60,000 nt of DNA, from assembly GCF_018350175.1 (NCBI RefSeq), contig NC_058382.1, positions 60,638,001 to 60,698,000 of the forward strand, written 5' to 3'. The position numbers were made by a program, and so were the translations under genes. This DNA is from Felis catus. Taxonomy: Eukaryota. Below, in pieces: positions 21,501-32,500 of the stretch. Position 1 is the stretch's first letter, and each line of letters starts with the position of its first letter. A model generated the notes under the pieces. It saw nothing but the letters and a program-made list of their open reading frames with translations, was not told where the DNA came from and ran no database searches.

Positions 21501-24500
21501 GCCGCCTCCCCGTCTGGGCGAGGAGGTGGGCCGCCCGGGCAGCGCCCCCGCAGCTGCTGCTTGCTTGTGTTGCAGGGACTGCTTCAGGGCGTTTTACGTG
21601 CACAAGTTCAGAGCCGTGCTGGGGAAGAATCGGCTCATCTTTCCAGGAGAGAAGGTAGCGTGTGGGGTGACCCCTCTGTGGGGTCCCCAGTTGGAAAGCC
21701 CAGCCCCCCTGGGCCCTGGCTCTCAATCCCCGTGTCCCTTCCCACTGTCGTGCACGGGTGGTGGGGGGGACGGTGGACACGCTCCTGTCGGAGATGCGGT
21801 GCCCTCCAGCGACGTTCCTTCTCCCTTAGGTGCTCCTGGCATGGTCTGGGGGGCCTTCATCCAGCTCCATGGTCTGGCAGGTCCTTGAGGTACATCCCTC
21901 CAGCATCTTCCAGGGGCCTTGCTGCTGCCCAGCTAAGCTCCAGGGTCGGGGGCCCTGCCCCGAGGGGCTCTTGCCTGGAGCTTGTGGGAGCAGCCCGCCA
22001 GCAGCCGGGACAACCGGAGGGTTCCTCGATGTGTGTACAAGAGGTGCACGTGCTGGGGCTGCGTCTGGAGTGACCCAGCTCTGCCTCAGTTTAGTACTTT
22101 GCTGACCGTGTAGAGTCATTATCACCAGAACGGTGTCGCGGCACGGTGGAGCATCGCTTGGGGTGTTGTCAGGTCCTGGGCTTCCCCCGGTCCTGGGTGG
22201 AGGACGAGACTGTGACATAGGAGCAGGTGCCTTGGGGAACCCAAAAGGGGTCCGGCCTGGCTGGGGATGGGCAGCCTCCTTGAGAAGTTCAAGGAGAGAC
22301 CCGAGTGAGCAGCGGGGCCCCCAGGTGGCTAAGTCGGGTGGGGAGCCAGAGTGAGGAAGGTGCTCTGGGTGCAGAGCTGGGCTCCAGGCGGTCGGCGGCC
22401 TGCGCAGAATGCTGGCCGCCTCGGGGGTCTTGACCCGGGGCTGGGACACTCAGACCCTGTGCGTTCCCCTTGAGAGGCGCAGATTAGAGGGGCTGCGGCC
22501 ATGGGGGCGGTCTGTCCTGGGGCCCCCGGTGTGGCGCGTCTGGTTGGTGCTCCTCTCTCGCGTCACGGCCCGCTGAACCTGGCCTTTTGTCTGGCACCTG
22601 GTGGCCCCCTTCCCTCTGACTGGTAGCGCCTGGATTTTCTGCTGTTCCGTCGCACTCTCGGCGGCCAGAGGTGCTTGGGTAGGCCACTTCTCGGGACGTA
22701 GCCAGGAGGGAGGGACTGACTCGTGAGGAGCAGGTCGTGCGGGGGCAGTGAGATACGCAGGCAGGCCACCTTGACCCACGTGGCCTCCCTGTGGGGCCTG
22801 ACAGCACCTCCTCTGAATGGCCCGTCCACCCCAGGTGGGGGGCAGCACCACTTCCCAGGGGGCCTCAGTCGAGGTAGAGAATGGTCTGTGCCGGGAAACT
22901 GTCCTGTGTTTTCTAACTGGGGGGCTGAGCTCCTGTCCCTTTTCTCTCCAGGGCCTGAGTCGAGATTCTGCCAAACGACTGCGTTTCGTGCCGGGGGTCA
23001 TCTACGTGGATGGTGCGTGTGGCCACCCTCACCCCTACCCCGCTGCTCAGGATGAGCCCCACTCAGACAGCGGGTGCTGTGACCTTAGCAAGGCCCTGCT
23101 GGGGGCAGTTTTTGGAGACAGCACGCGTGTCCGGCAAGAAAGGCACGGTTGTTGTCTTACCACAATCAGCTTTATCAGAGTCAGGCCGGAAGGGCCCCAA
23201 GTGAGACGGAGGGGCCCCGAGAGGGATGGGCGAGTTCGCTTCCCCAGGGCCCAGTCGCTAACCTGCCCCCCGCCTTGCTCCCTTGAGATAGGCTCCCAGG
23301 TGGATCTCTGGCACTGTGGTCAGTCATGCCTCCCCTCCCCACACCTCCCTGTGCCATGACCGTGAACCCACTGCCCGCTCTGAAAATGCTCCCCCAGGAG
23401 AACAGGTTAGCTGTTGTTCCTGCGGAAAAGCCGCGTAGGGTGTCTCACACGGCATTGGCCCTGTCCCGTCTCCGGCTCTTCTGTAGCCGTGACTCCTTCC
23501 CGCCTGCCGTTTTTCAGAGGGAGCGGCTTGTGGGCAGAGCCCGGAGGACAGAGCAAAAACTGTGGCCGAAATGAAGCTGGTCCTGCAGACCCTCGGCTTC
23601 CCGTGGCACATTGTCGCCTTGGAGGAGGTGGGCGGGCCCGTGTCTGATAAGGCCCCTGGAGGGTGGGCTCCCGGGGTGTACGCGAGGGGCCTGTTGAGTC
23701 GCGGCACGCGGAGGTGGGCTGGGCCTTACCCTGTCCCCCTGCCCCGGAAGGTGTTCGGTCTGTCGCCGTCGGTGCTGCGCTGCTCTGCCCGGGAGCCGGT
23801 GGGGGCCGTGGGGACCTACAAGGTGGCTGTGGACAGTTTCCTCCAGCAGCAGCACACGCTAGGGACCGAGAGGGCAGGGGGCAGCCCCAGCCCCACCCAG
23901 GGAGAGGAGCGGCTGAGCCCGCCTGGCACCCAGGAGTCCCAGGACCCGGCGGGGCCACCGCCAGCCGCCCAGACCGAGGCTCTGTCCCGACTGTTTGGCT
24001 CCGTGAAGACGCTGACGGCCAAAGAAGAGTTTCTGCACACCCTGCGGTAAGCCCCCCGCCCTCCCGGGGTCTTGGCCTGGCTTCACCTGGACCCTGAGAC
24101 CCTGTGCTCTCCAGGACGCACCTGATCCTGCACGTGGCCCGGACCCATGGCTACTCCAAGGTGATGACAGGAGACAGCTGTACCCGCTTGGCTATCAAGC
24201 TCATGACCAGCCTGGCGCTGGGCAGAGGGGCCTTTCTCGCCTGGGACACGGTACGTGGGTGCAGGCCTTTCAGGGACCCTGTTGGCCCCTGTCACTTGGA
24301 AGTAGTGTCGAGAGTCAGCCCCGGGGTCTCCCTCGCGGAGCAGGGAAGGAGGGACTGCGAGCCCGTCTGGTGGGGGTGGTGAGGGACGTGCCCCCGCCCC
24401 CCACAGGGCTTCTCAGATGAGCGTCACGGTGACGTGGTGGTGGTGCGGCCCATGCGCGACCACACGCTGAAGGAGGTCGCTTTCTACAACCGCCTGTTTG

Positions 24501-26043
24501 CTGTGCCCTCCGTCTTCACCCCCGCCATCGATACCAAGGTGAGCTGCAGGACCTGGGCGGGCCCCCGCCCTTCGGCATGGGGTCAGAGGTCGCCGGCACC
24601 CCTCGGTGACCTGAGCCGTGTCCACACCGGCTCTCAGACCTCAGCGTTAACAGCGGCGTGCCCGGCATTCTGGGAGCAGACGCAGGGCACTCCCCCGCAG
24701 TGCAGAGGTGGGCTGCTGTCCTCCAGGAAGAGGGGGTGTGCCGGGGGGCGGTGGGTGGCTGGCCCCCAGGTGCCTGCGTCTCTGGGAAGGGCTCGCAGGT
24801 GTAGGACGGGCAGGACGGATCTTGGAGAAATCTGACGGCACGATCTGTGAGAGCCGCTGCGTTCAGCAACCGGGACGCTTCAGAAGCCGGTGCTCCGGCC
24901 GACTCCAGCCCTGACGTGGTGCTCGTGGGGGCTGCCAGCGTGAAGCTGTGGCCCCTCGGCCCGGCCTGGGGCGCCACTCCTGCGGCCCTCATCTGATTCC
25001 CCTTAGGCCCCCGAAAAGGCCAGCGTCCACCGCCTGATGGAGGGCTTCCTGCTCCGGCTGCAAGCCCAGTTCCCGTCTACCGTCAGCACCGTGTACAGGT
25101 GCGTGTGCGCGCGTGTGCACGAACACCCGTGCCGGGGTCGGGTTGTGGGAGCGGAGCCCCAGCCTGACGGCGCCTCGCGCCCTTCCGCCACACCCTCAGG
25201 ACGAGTGAGAAGCTGGTCAAGGCCCCCCGCGACGGCTGTGCCGCCGGCCCCCGCTGCCTGCTCTGTATGTGCACGCTGGACGTCGACGCTGCTGGTCTGT
25301 GTGGAGGGGGCGGGGCCCCGGCAAGCGGGAGGCGGGGTCCGGGCCCCAGCGGATCCTCAGGTTTTCTCTGCCTGCAGACAGTGCCACGGCTTTCGGGGCC
25401 CAGACCTCCGGTTTCTCCCAGACGCAGCCCCCCACCCCGCGGGCTGGGGCTGGAGCACCCACGGAGGTGGGCGGCGCCCAGGACCGCTGCCAGGGGGCCG
25501 GGCCCTGCGGGAGGTAAGGCCCGCCCCGTCCTGTCCCCACGGCCGGCGCCACGCAGCTGTGCGGGGCGGAGGGTGGCGCTTCCAGGGCCCGGGCGAGGCG
25601 GTCAGGTACAGCTCTGCTCCCGCAGGGAGGACTCCCGAGCCCGCGTCATCGAGCAGCTGTGCTATGGCTGCCGTGCGAATATGAAGGATGTGGTGAGTGG
25701 TTCCCGCCCACGGGTGGTGACAGGAGAGGTCCACCCTCGGGGCTCTGTGCCTCACGGCCCCTCACCCACGGCGGTGCTCTCTGTCGCAGCCCTCCTTGGA
25801 CCTCCTGCCACCCTACATCTTGGCCGAGGCCCAGCTCCGCAGCCAAAGGTACCGGCTAGCCACACGGCTGGGGGAGCCCCCTTTGTGTGTGTGTGTGTGT
25901 TGTGGGGGGGCGGGGAGGGTCCTTCTGGGCCTCTGCACCTGGCGGCAGGTTCCCAGCGTGTGGCTTCCCCCAGGGCCTCGCAGGAGATCCAGGAGTATCT
26001 GGTGGAGAACGGCGCTGAGGAGACGCACACCGCCGAGAGCTGA
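18532..26043 (+). CDS. CTU2: Cytoplasmic tRNA 2-thiolation protein 2, complete (15 exons, ~1536 nt, ~511 aa)
   Basis: Exons 18532-18599, 19214-19288, 21576-21654, 21830-21889, 22952-23012, 23518-23627, 23751-24046, 24115-24250, 24407-24538, 25007-25098, 25200-25294, 25378-25513, 25626-25692, 25790-25848, 25974-26043; all in phase. MCQVGEDYG start, CVKC/FCRDCF zinc motifs, degenerate PP-loop LAWSGGPSS, CLLC and LCYGC. Confidence 0.96.
19214..19288 (+). CDS. CTU2: CTU2 exon 2 (alternative in-frame start at 19205)
   Basis: RELKCVKCKEGVPVVVIRAGDAFC. Confidence 0.88.
20179..20373 (+). mobile_element. Full-length CAN-SINE in CTU2 intron 2
   Basis: GGGCACCTGGGTGGCT...CT-rich...A tail; 18-bp TSD AAAAAGTGAYGATTGTTC at 20159-20176 and 20374-20391. 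Confidence 0.93.
20790..21050. mobile_element. MER5-like (hAT-Charlie) DNA transposon relics
   Basis: GTGATTCTAACCTGTGGCCAAGGCTGAG and AACACAGATTCCC...TTTGATTCTGTAGGTTTG resemble recalled MER5A/B. Confidence 0.5.
21576..21654 (+). CDS. CTU2: CTU2 exon 3
   Basis: DCFRAFYVHKFRAVLGKNRLIFPGEK. Confidence 0.95.
21830..21889 (+). CDS. CTU2: CTU2 exon 4
   Basis: VLLAWSGGPSSSSMVWQVLE. Confidence 0.95.
22952..23012 (+). CDS. CTU2: CTU2 exon 5
   Basis: GLSRDSAKRLRFVPGVIYVD. Confidence 0.95.
23518..23627 (+). CDS. CTU2: CTU2 exon 6
   Basis: EGAACGQSPEDRAKTVAEMKLVLQTLGFPWHIVALEE. Confidence 0.94.
23751..24046 (+). CDS. CTU2: CTU2 exon 7
   Basis: VFGLSPSVLRCSA...KTLTAKEEFLHTL. Confidence 0.93.
24115..24250 (+). 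CDS. CTU2: CTU2 exon 8
   Basis: THLILHVARTHGYSKVMTGDSCTRLAIKLMTSLALGRGAFLAWDT. Confidence 0.95.
24407..24538 (+). CDS. CTU2: CTU2 exon 9
   Basis: GFSDERHGDVVVVRPMRDHTLKEVAFYNRLFAVPSVFTPAIDTK. Confidence 0.95.
25007..25098 (+). CDS. CTU2: CTU2 exon 10
   Basis: APEKASVHRLMEGFLLRLQAQFPSTVSTVY. Confidence 0.95.
25200..25294 (+). CDS. CTU2: CTU2 exon 11
   Basis: TSEKLVKAPRDGCAAGPRCLLCMCTLDVDAA. Confidence 0.93.
25378..25513 (+). CDS. CTU2: CTU2 exon 12
   Basis: DSATAFGAQTSGFSQTQPP...GAGPCG. Confidence 0.9.
25626..25692 (+). CDS. CTU2: CTU2 exon 13
   Basis: EDSRARVIEQLCYGCRANMKDV. Confidence 0.93.
25790..25848 (+). CDS. CTU2: CTU2 exon 14
   Basis: PSLDLLPPYILAEAQLRSQ. Confidence 0.93.
25974..26043 (+). 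CDS. CTU2: CTU2 exon 15
   Basis: ASQEIQEYLVENGAEETHTAES*. Confidence 0.88.
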
Positions 26044-26081
26044 GCCTGGGGCCACCAAGAGCCGGGGGCGCGGATCGCATA

Positions 26082-26087
26082 AATAAA
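26082..26087 (+). terminator. CTU2: CTU2 poly(A) signal AATAAA
   Basis: 38 nt after the TGA. Confidence 0.85.
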
Positions 26088-26093
26088 AATACT

Positions 26094-26099
26094 TTTAAT
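26094..26099 (-). terminator. PIEZO1: PIEZO1 poly(A) signal ATTAAA
   Basis: TTTAAT on plus, ~210 nt past the PIEZO1 stop; the only hexamer candidate before CTU2 coding sequence. Confidence 0.75.
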
Positions 26100-26308
26100 T
26101 AGAAAACCCTACAGTACTCGTGGGGAGGGGAAGGCTGGACGCCCCAGCCCAGCGTGCCGGCCGCGTGGGGCCCTCGGGGACGAGGAGGTGCCCTGAGCCG
26201 GGCGGGGGAGGGGCCACAGCTTCCTTCCTTCCTTCGTTCCGGCAGCAGCATCGGGGCCCGGCGGTGTGCCGGGCGGCTCCTTCCTGCCTGGGTGCGGGGC
26301 CCCGGCTC

Positions 26309-26558
26309 CTACTCCTTCTCGCGGGTCCACTTGATCATGGTCTCGGGCGAGCGGTACAGGAAGATGAGCTTGGCGTAGAGCTCCTCCTCCAGCTCCAGCT
26401 CGCGCGTCTCCCGCACCAGGAAGATGTCCTGGCAGAGCTTGAGGATGCGGTCCACGCAGGGCAGCTCCTCAAACATGATGGAGTGGGAGATCTCGCTGAA
26501 GAAGCCACGCACGAACTTGCCGATGACCAGCACGATGGACACGTAGAGCCCCATGATC
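26309..26558 (-). CDS. PIEZO1: PIEZO1 exon 51
   Basis: [20 protein letters not shown]...WTREKE*. Confidence 0.95.
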
Positions 26559-29500
26559 CTGCCGGGCGGGGGCGGGGTGAGTCCCGGGCCGCGGAGGCTG
26601 CAGCCGCCGCCCGTCCGCCTTCGCGCGCAGCACACTCACCCGTAGCCGGCCAGGAAGCCGAGGCTGGGCGGGCTGACCTTGTCGCTGAAGATGACCATGG
26701 GGAGCAGGTTGCATTCGGCCTGGCAGTCCTGCAGCTCGATGACCCACCACTCCAGGAAGCCGGCGGCCCCCGAGCCCACGCGCTCCCTCCGCAGCTGGAT
26801 GCGCACTCCGAGGTAGTCGGCCTCCTCGTCTAGGGCAGGGCCAGGGTCCGTCAGGGCCCCCACCCTTGCCCGGGGTGGCGCCAACCCCCCACTCGCATGC
26901 ACTCGCTGTCACACACTCACTGGGCTGCAGCTGCTTCACGGGGTTGGCCTCGGGCCCGTTGGGAGCACGGATGTACTTGGGGAAGAGATTGGGGATGACC
27001 CTGCAGGGAGAAGGGGGTGGGGGGAGTCAGGCCCAGCACCCCCTGGTGCCCCCTCCCCCACTCACACTGACTGGTCCCAGGTGCCCTCAGGCAGGCCCCG
27101 CCCCCCAGCGCTCTCCCCCACTCACACCGACTGGTCCGAGGTGCCCTCGGGCAGGCCCCGCCCCCCAGCGCTCTCCCCCACTCACACCGACTGGTCCGAG
27201 GTGCCCTCCAGCAGGCTGGCCAGCTGCCTCCGCTCGCTGCTATTGGCAGCCAGGTCCAGGGTGTGCTTCTCGTTGGTGTATTCCACGGTGCCGCCCTTGG
27301 CCAGGTCCCTACGGGCCAGGACACAGCGTGACCCACGGCGGGCCACACCCTACCCGGGTCCTGCCGCCAGGGTCCTGCCCCAGCCCGGGCCGCACCTCTG
27401 GAAGTTCCAGGTGAAGCGCAGGGTGATGTCGGCGGTGCCGTTGTACAGCTCCCGCTTCATCTGGGCCCGGCTGGGCGGGCTGATGCGCCACAGCGCCCCG
27501 GAGCTGCCCTCGATCTGCGCCGTGACGATGTCCTCGGGGCTGTACTGGCTGATGAACTGCATGGCCAGCTGGGCCCGGGGCGGCACTTGAGCGAGCGGCG
27601 GCCCCCTCCACCCCGCCCCCCCGCCCCTGCAGGTGCAGCCCGGGGCCCACTCACAGGGTTCGGGTCGAAGTGTCTGGACAGCTCCTCATAGGCCTGTTGC
27701 GTGAAGGGCACGATGGACGGCTGCTGCGCGCTCATGGTGAACAAGGGCTGCGGTGGGGGGACGGCGTGACGCTGCAGGGAGCCCCTCGGCCCCTGGCCGC
27801 CAGCGCCGCGTGGAACTCTAAAGATGAGTGACGTGGGACTGGCCCACCGTCCTGCTCCCCGGCTGGGACAGACCGGTGGCTCACCTCGTAGCCACCCAGC
27901 TTGAGGGTGACGGTGACGTCGATCGGCTGGTTGACGACGCCGACCACGGAGCGCACCAGGGACATAAAGAGCAGAGGGAACCAGATGATGGCCACGAGGA
28001 ACAGGATGATGAGCCCGCCCATGCCGTACTTGACCACCTTCTTCTTCTTCTGCCCCTTGGGCTGCGGGTATTTCTGGGAGGCGGGGTGTGGGTCAGGGCC
28101 TCAGCTCTGCCCGCCCCCCGCCCCCTGTCCCGGACCCCCACCCCCTGCTGCTCCGGGGGCCTTCCTCACGCGGCCACAGCCTGGAACAGCACTTAGTGTG
28201 GCCTCTGCGTGCACAGACACCGGCCAAGTACAGCCGAGAACCCAGAAACAGACCCTCGCGCCGAGCGAGGAAAGGATAGGTTCGTCAACGGTTGTGCTGG
28301 GACAAACGGACACCGACACGCCAGAGAGATGGGACGGTCAGTAAAACTCCCAGGGGCAAAGTTTCATTCCTCAGGATCTGGTGAGAGATTCTCGGACCTC
28401 ACACGAGCACCAGCAGAAAACTGGACGTCAGAGAAAGACTCCTGTGTCTCAGGGGAGGGGGAGAGACCGTGGAGAGACAGCCCGCAGAACGGGAGGCTTC
28501 GGGGCAAATCCTGCCTGAGAGGGGCTATAGCGTCCAAAAGTTCTTGTAAGTCAACGATAAGACGACAGACAACCCAGGGACGCAAGGGGCAAAGCAGACG
28601 ACAGGCATGGGAGAAGAGTGTCACCATCACAAGCCATCAGGGCCACCAGAACCAAGACTGCACTGAGGCGGTCACCTCCCAGTCACAAGTGGTGGTGAGG
28701 ACGTGGGGAGACCGGCAGCCCCCATGCCGCAGGGGGTGGGAGCGGGGCGGCCGAGGGGCTGAGGCATCCACAGCAACACTCGCTGCGATCAACAAAATAG
28801 AAGCCCAGCCTCCTTCACAGTTTGGAATGGTGGCTAGGAAAGGTGGCTCAGTCACGTGATAAAAAGCTGCTCGGCCATGAAAACCCCAAGTCCTGACACA
28901 GGCCACGCGGACGGCGCTTTGAACCCCCTAGAACGAAAGAAGCCGGACCCGGGCTATGGGGCACGTGACTGCATGTGCACGAAACTTCTGCAACAGGCAA
29001 ATCCCTGCAGCGAGGGGTTCTTGCTGGAGCGCTGGCCCGGGTTTAGACCCGAGGGGACAGTGGCACAGCTCTGTGACCGTGCTATGCGTCGCTGAATTGT
29101 ACAGGTGGATGGGGCAGGTTCTGCGCCCACTGTCCCCCAGTAAAGCTGCTAATGGGACCTCGGCTGATACTTGGTGCCCACCCCATCTCCCAGCCCTTGC
29201 GCCCAAGACCAGAGGCCAGGCTTCTTCTGGGTATTTGCTCAGACCTCGGTCAGCTGCCTGTTCCCAACAGGGTCAAGTTCACCGTTCCCTCTAAGAGGCA
29301 CCTTCTGACCTCATGTGGTCGTGGGTTGGCAGCCCCCAGGTGAGGGGTGGGAGGGACCACCAGCACCACCTGGTTGTCGTGTGGCCCATCTGCCCCAATG
29401 GGGAGCGACCAGTGTCCCTCACTACCCGCCTTAGGCCCGGGCACCTTCTCGGTCTCTCGGCTGCACTTGATGATGAAAATGTTGGCGTAGATGTCCTCCA

Positions 29501-32500
29501 CACACATCCAGCTGGAGAGGGACAGCGTGGTGTCCGTCCACACCCAGTCCATCACGGCCCGCAGCTCCACCAGGAACGGCACGAGCCGGAAACTGCCGGG
29601 GGCGGGCACCATCAGGAGAGCCCGCGGGAGACCGCCCCGCTCCCGGTGCCCCGCGCCCGCCCACACTCACCCCTGGAAGAGGAAGAGGTTGAGGTGGTTG
29701 TACTTCTTGGTGAGGAAGTTGCCCAGGATGCGGGTGGGGTAGCCGCAGCGGATCTGGTAGGCGGACAGGGCGAAGTAGACGCACTTGACGAAGTACCACA
29801 GCTGGGCCACTGCGTTCTGGCTGAACATCCTGCAGGGGCGGGAAGGCCAGGTCAGGGCGCCCTGCCCGAGGCCGGAGCCCCAAGGTCTCCGGGCCCAGCG
29901 CCGGCCCGGCCAGACACCCACCTCTCGGTGACCGCGGGCAGAATGAGGAACATCCAGAGGTGGATGGCCAGCACCAGGACCACCTGGAAGGCCAGCTTGC
30001 CCAGCACGGTCTTGCGGAGGTAGAGGGCGCGGTCGATGACCATGGTGCTGAACTGGATGAGCAGCATGACCAGGAAGGCCTCGGGCACCTGGTCGTCTGA
30101 CAGTGAGGACGTGATGTCTGTGGCTGCCGAGTGTTTCTGTGCCGGGAGAGCAGAGGTCGGGGGGGGTGGGGAGAGGGGGGTGGTGGGGGGAGGGGGGTGG
30201 TGGCGGGGGGGGGGGGTGGGTGTTGGGCTCTGTGCTCACCCCAAAGGCCCAGAAGCCAAAGATGATGATGATGAAGTCAACGACGTCGGCCAGGAACATA
30301 AGGGCGTAGACGTCGGTGGCCGCGCGGTACTGGGTGTGCAGGATGTCGTGGAAAAAGCAGTGCAGGGGCCGGTACACGCTCTGGGCCCTGCAGGCGGCGG
30401 TGGGCTCAGTGCTCCGGCGCCCCCAGCTGCGCCCTCCCACCCGCCCTGGCCCGGGGGCTGCCACGGTCACTCACAGGGCCAGGCAGCAGCTCTGCAGTCG
30501 GAGCCCCAGGGCTCTCGCCCTTTCCCGGGGGCGACTCCACCTCTCGCTCCCCGGCGCCGCCGCCACGCCTTCTGTGGGAGCAGCCACTGCTGACGGGAGC
30601 CCCGGGGGCGCCGGGCCCAGCTCCGACTCCCGGCCACCCCGAGACCACCCCCCAGGGGGCTGGATCACCCCGCTTTACAGACCAGCAGGCTGGGATGAAC
30701 ACAGAGACGTCCCCAGGTCGCTGGCAGTAGGCCAGCCGGGGCTGCGTCACCTGCCACGTGGGGCAGGCCGGGAACGCGGCTGGGGCCGCGGCTCCAGGTG
30801 GGAACCCGCTGGGCCACAGTGGCCGTGGAGGGACAGGGCCGTCGTACCCACAGCCGTGGGCTCCACGGGCTCCACGGGCTCCACGGGCTCCGTGCTCTCC
30901 CTTCTCCTCTTCCTGAAACGCAGGCTGATCGGCTTTGGGTCTCGGGGCTTGGGCTCCACGGGAGGCTCTGGGGGCCCATCCCCTGCTTCCGCCTGCATGT
31001 GGTACTGGGCGAGGGCCCCAGCCACCCCTGGTTCTCCCTGGGGTCCTGGTGACGTCGGCTCCTCCTCAACCCCCTTCTTCCCAGTGCCGCGGTCGTGGTC
31101 CTTGGAGAGTTGGTCCCCTTCATGGTCCCAGAGGCCATAGCACTGCAGGGGGGTGGGGGTGGAGAGAGGTGAGGAGGCTGGCGTGGCCGTACCCCGGGAC
31201 CCGCAACATCCAGGCTTGCCTCCCGGCAGGTGGGGTGTGCACCGGGAGGTGCCCGCCTGCCGCCCCCGGCGACGCACCAGCAGCTGGGAGCGGTGGAAGA
31301 ACAAGGCCATGAGCTGTACTAGGTCGTACTTGACGTAGCCGTCGGTCTTCTCCAGGCCCAGGATCCGTGGTGGGAAGTACGGCTTGTTCTCGTAGCGCCG
31401 GAGCACCGCGTGGGTGTTCCAGGGGAAGAAGCCAAACTGGAACAGGTACTTGGTGACCACGGTCACCTGCAGGGGAGGAGGCTCAGCATGGCACGGCCAG
31501 AACTCCTTCTCCCCCGCCCCCCTGGGCCGCGGCCCACCTCGGTGAAGACGATGGCCGTCATCCAGAAGCGCTTGCTGGGCCTCGGGATGGACAGCATGGC
31601 CCACAGGAAGACGAGCACGGGCAGCACCAGGGAGGTGGCCGAGGCGGTGACCATGTGGTTGAGGATGATGACGAAATAGCAGAGCAGCTCCGAGTGGGCG
31701 GCCACGCACTGGTAGGCGGCCTGCAGCAGCCGCAGCGCCCGGCCCTGCCTCGCTTCGAACTGCTGGGCCTCCTCCAGCTCCTGGATGTGCAGGTGCCTGC
31801 GGGGAGCCGCGCCCAGGCCCTCTCGCACCAGCGCCCACTGCCCCCCCAGCACCCCCCACCGGCCGCCCTGGGCACCGACCTGTTGAGGAGCAGCTCGCTG
31901 GCGGTTCGGGTCCGGGTGGAAGCACCGGCGGGAAGCTCCCGGGAGCTGTGCAGGGAAGCCCCAGGCTCGGCCGTCGCGTCCTCGCCGCTGCTGCGGGCGT
32001 TGCACCCCGTGCTCAGGTGGCCGCCGGTGGCCTCCGTGGCGGCGCTCAGTGGCTCCTGTGCCCCCGGCCCACTACGGGAGGCGAGGGCGGTCACAGAGAG
32101 GCAGGCCGCCCTCTGCTCTGCCCGGGCTCTGGGGCCAGCAGGCCGCACACCTCCTGGTCCGTGTGCCCACAGCAGGGCGGCTCTGCCCGAGTCCGGCGGG
32201 TCCCGGCCGCCTCCTGAGCCCCACCAGCCCACACCCACCTTGCCGCCGCGCCAGGTGCGTCTCGGGCCCCCGAGGAGCCTGGTGGTGCGGCCTCCACGCC
32301 CCTGGCATACAGCTGGTCCAGCAGGCCCCGGTGTACCTCTTGGCCCTGCGGGGCAGCGAGAGGCTCAGGGTGGCAGTTCCCCAGCGAGAGGCCGGCCCAG
32401 GGCTCGGGGGTGTGGGCGCGCGCGCTCACCCTGAGCAGCGCCTGCGTGTACAGGTAGCGCTCGGCGCGCAACACGTCACTCATGGCGCGGTGGTGCCGCG

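Noticed and set aside
21830..21889. CTU2 PP-loop reads SGGPSS rather than SGGxDS (possible inactivation)
   Set aside because: This is normal for CTU2, the non-catalytic partner of CTU1.
27053..27216. Regularly spaced repeats as a possible CRISPR array (also 54483-54690 and 10660-10885)
   Set aside because: These are tandem units without unique spacers, with no cas genes, in a mammalian context.
26309..27747. Possible equivalents of human PIEZO1 gain-of-function variants
   Set aside because: Motifs [16 protein letters not shown] and [17 protein letters not shown] read as the recalled wild-type sequence.
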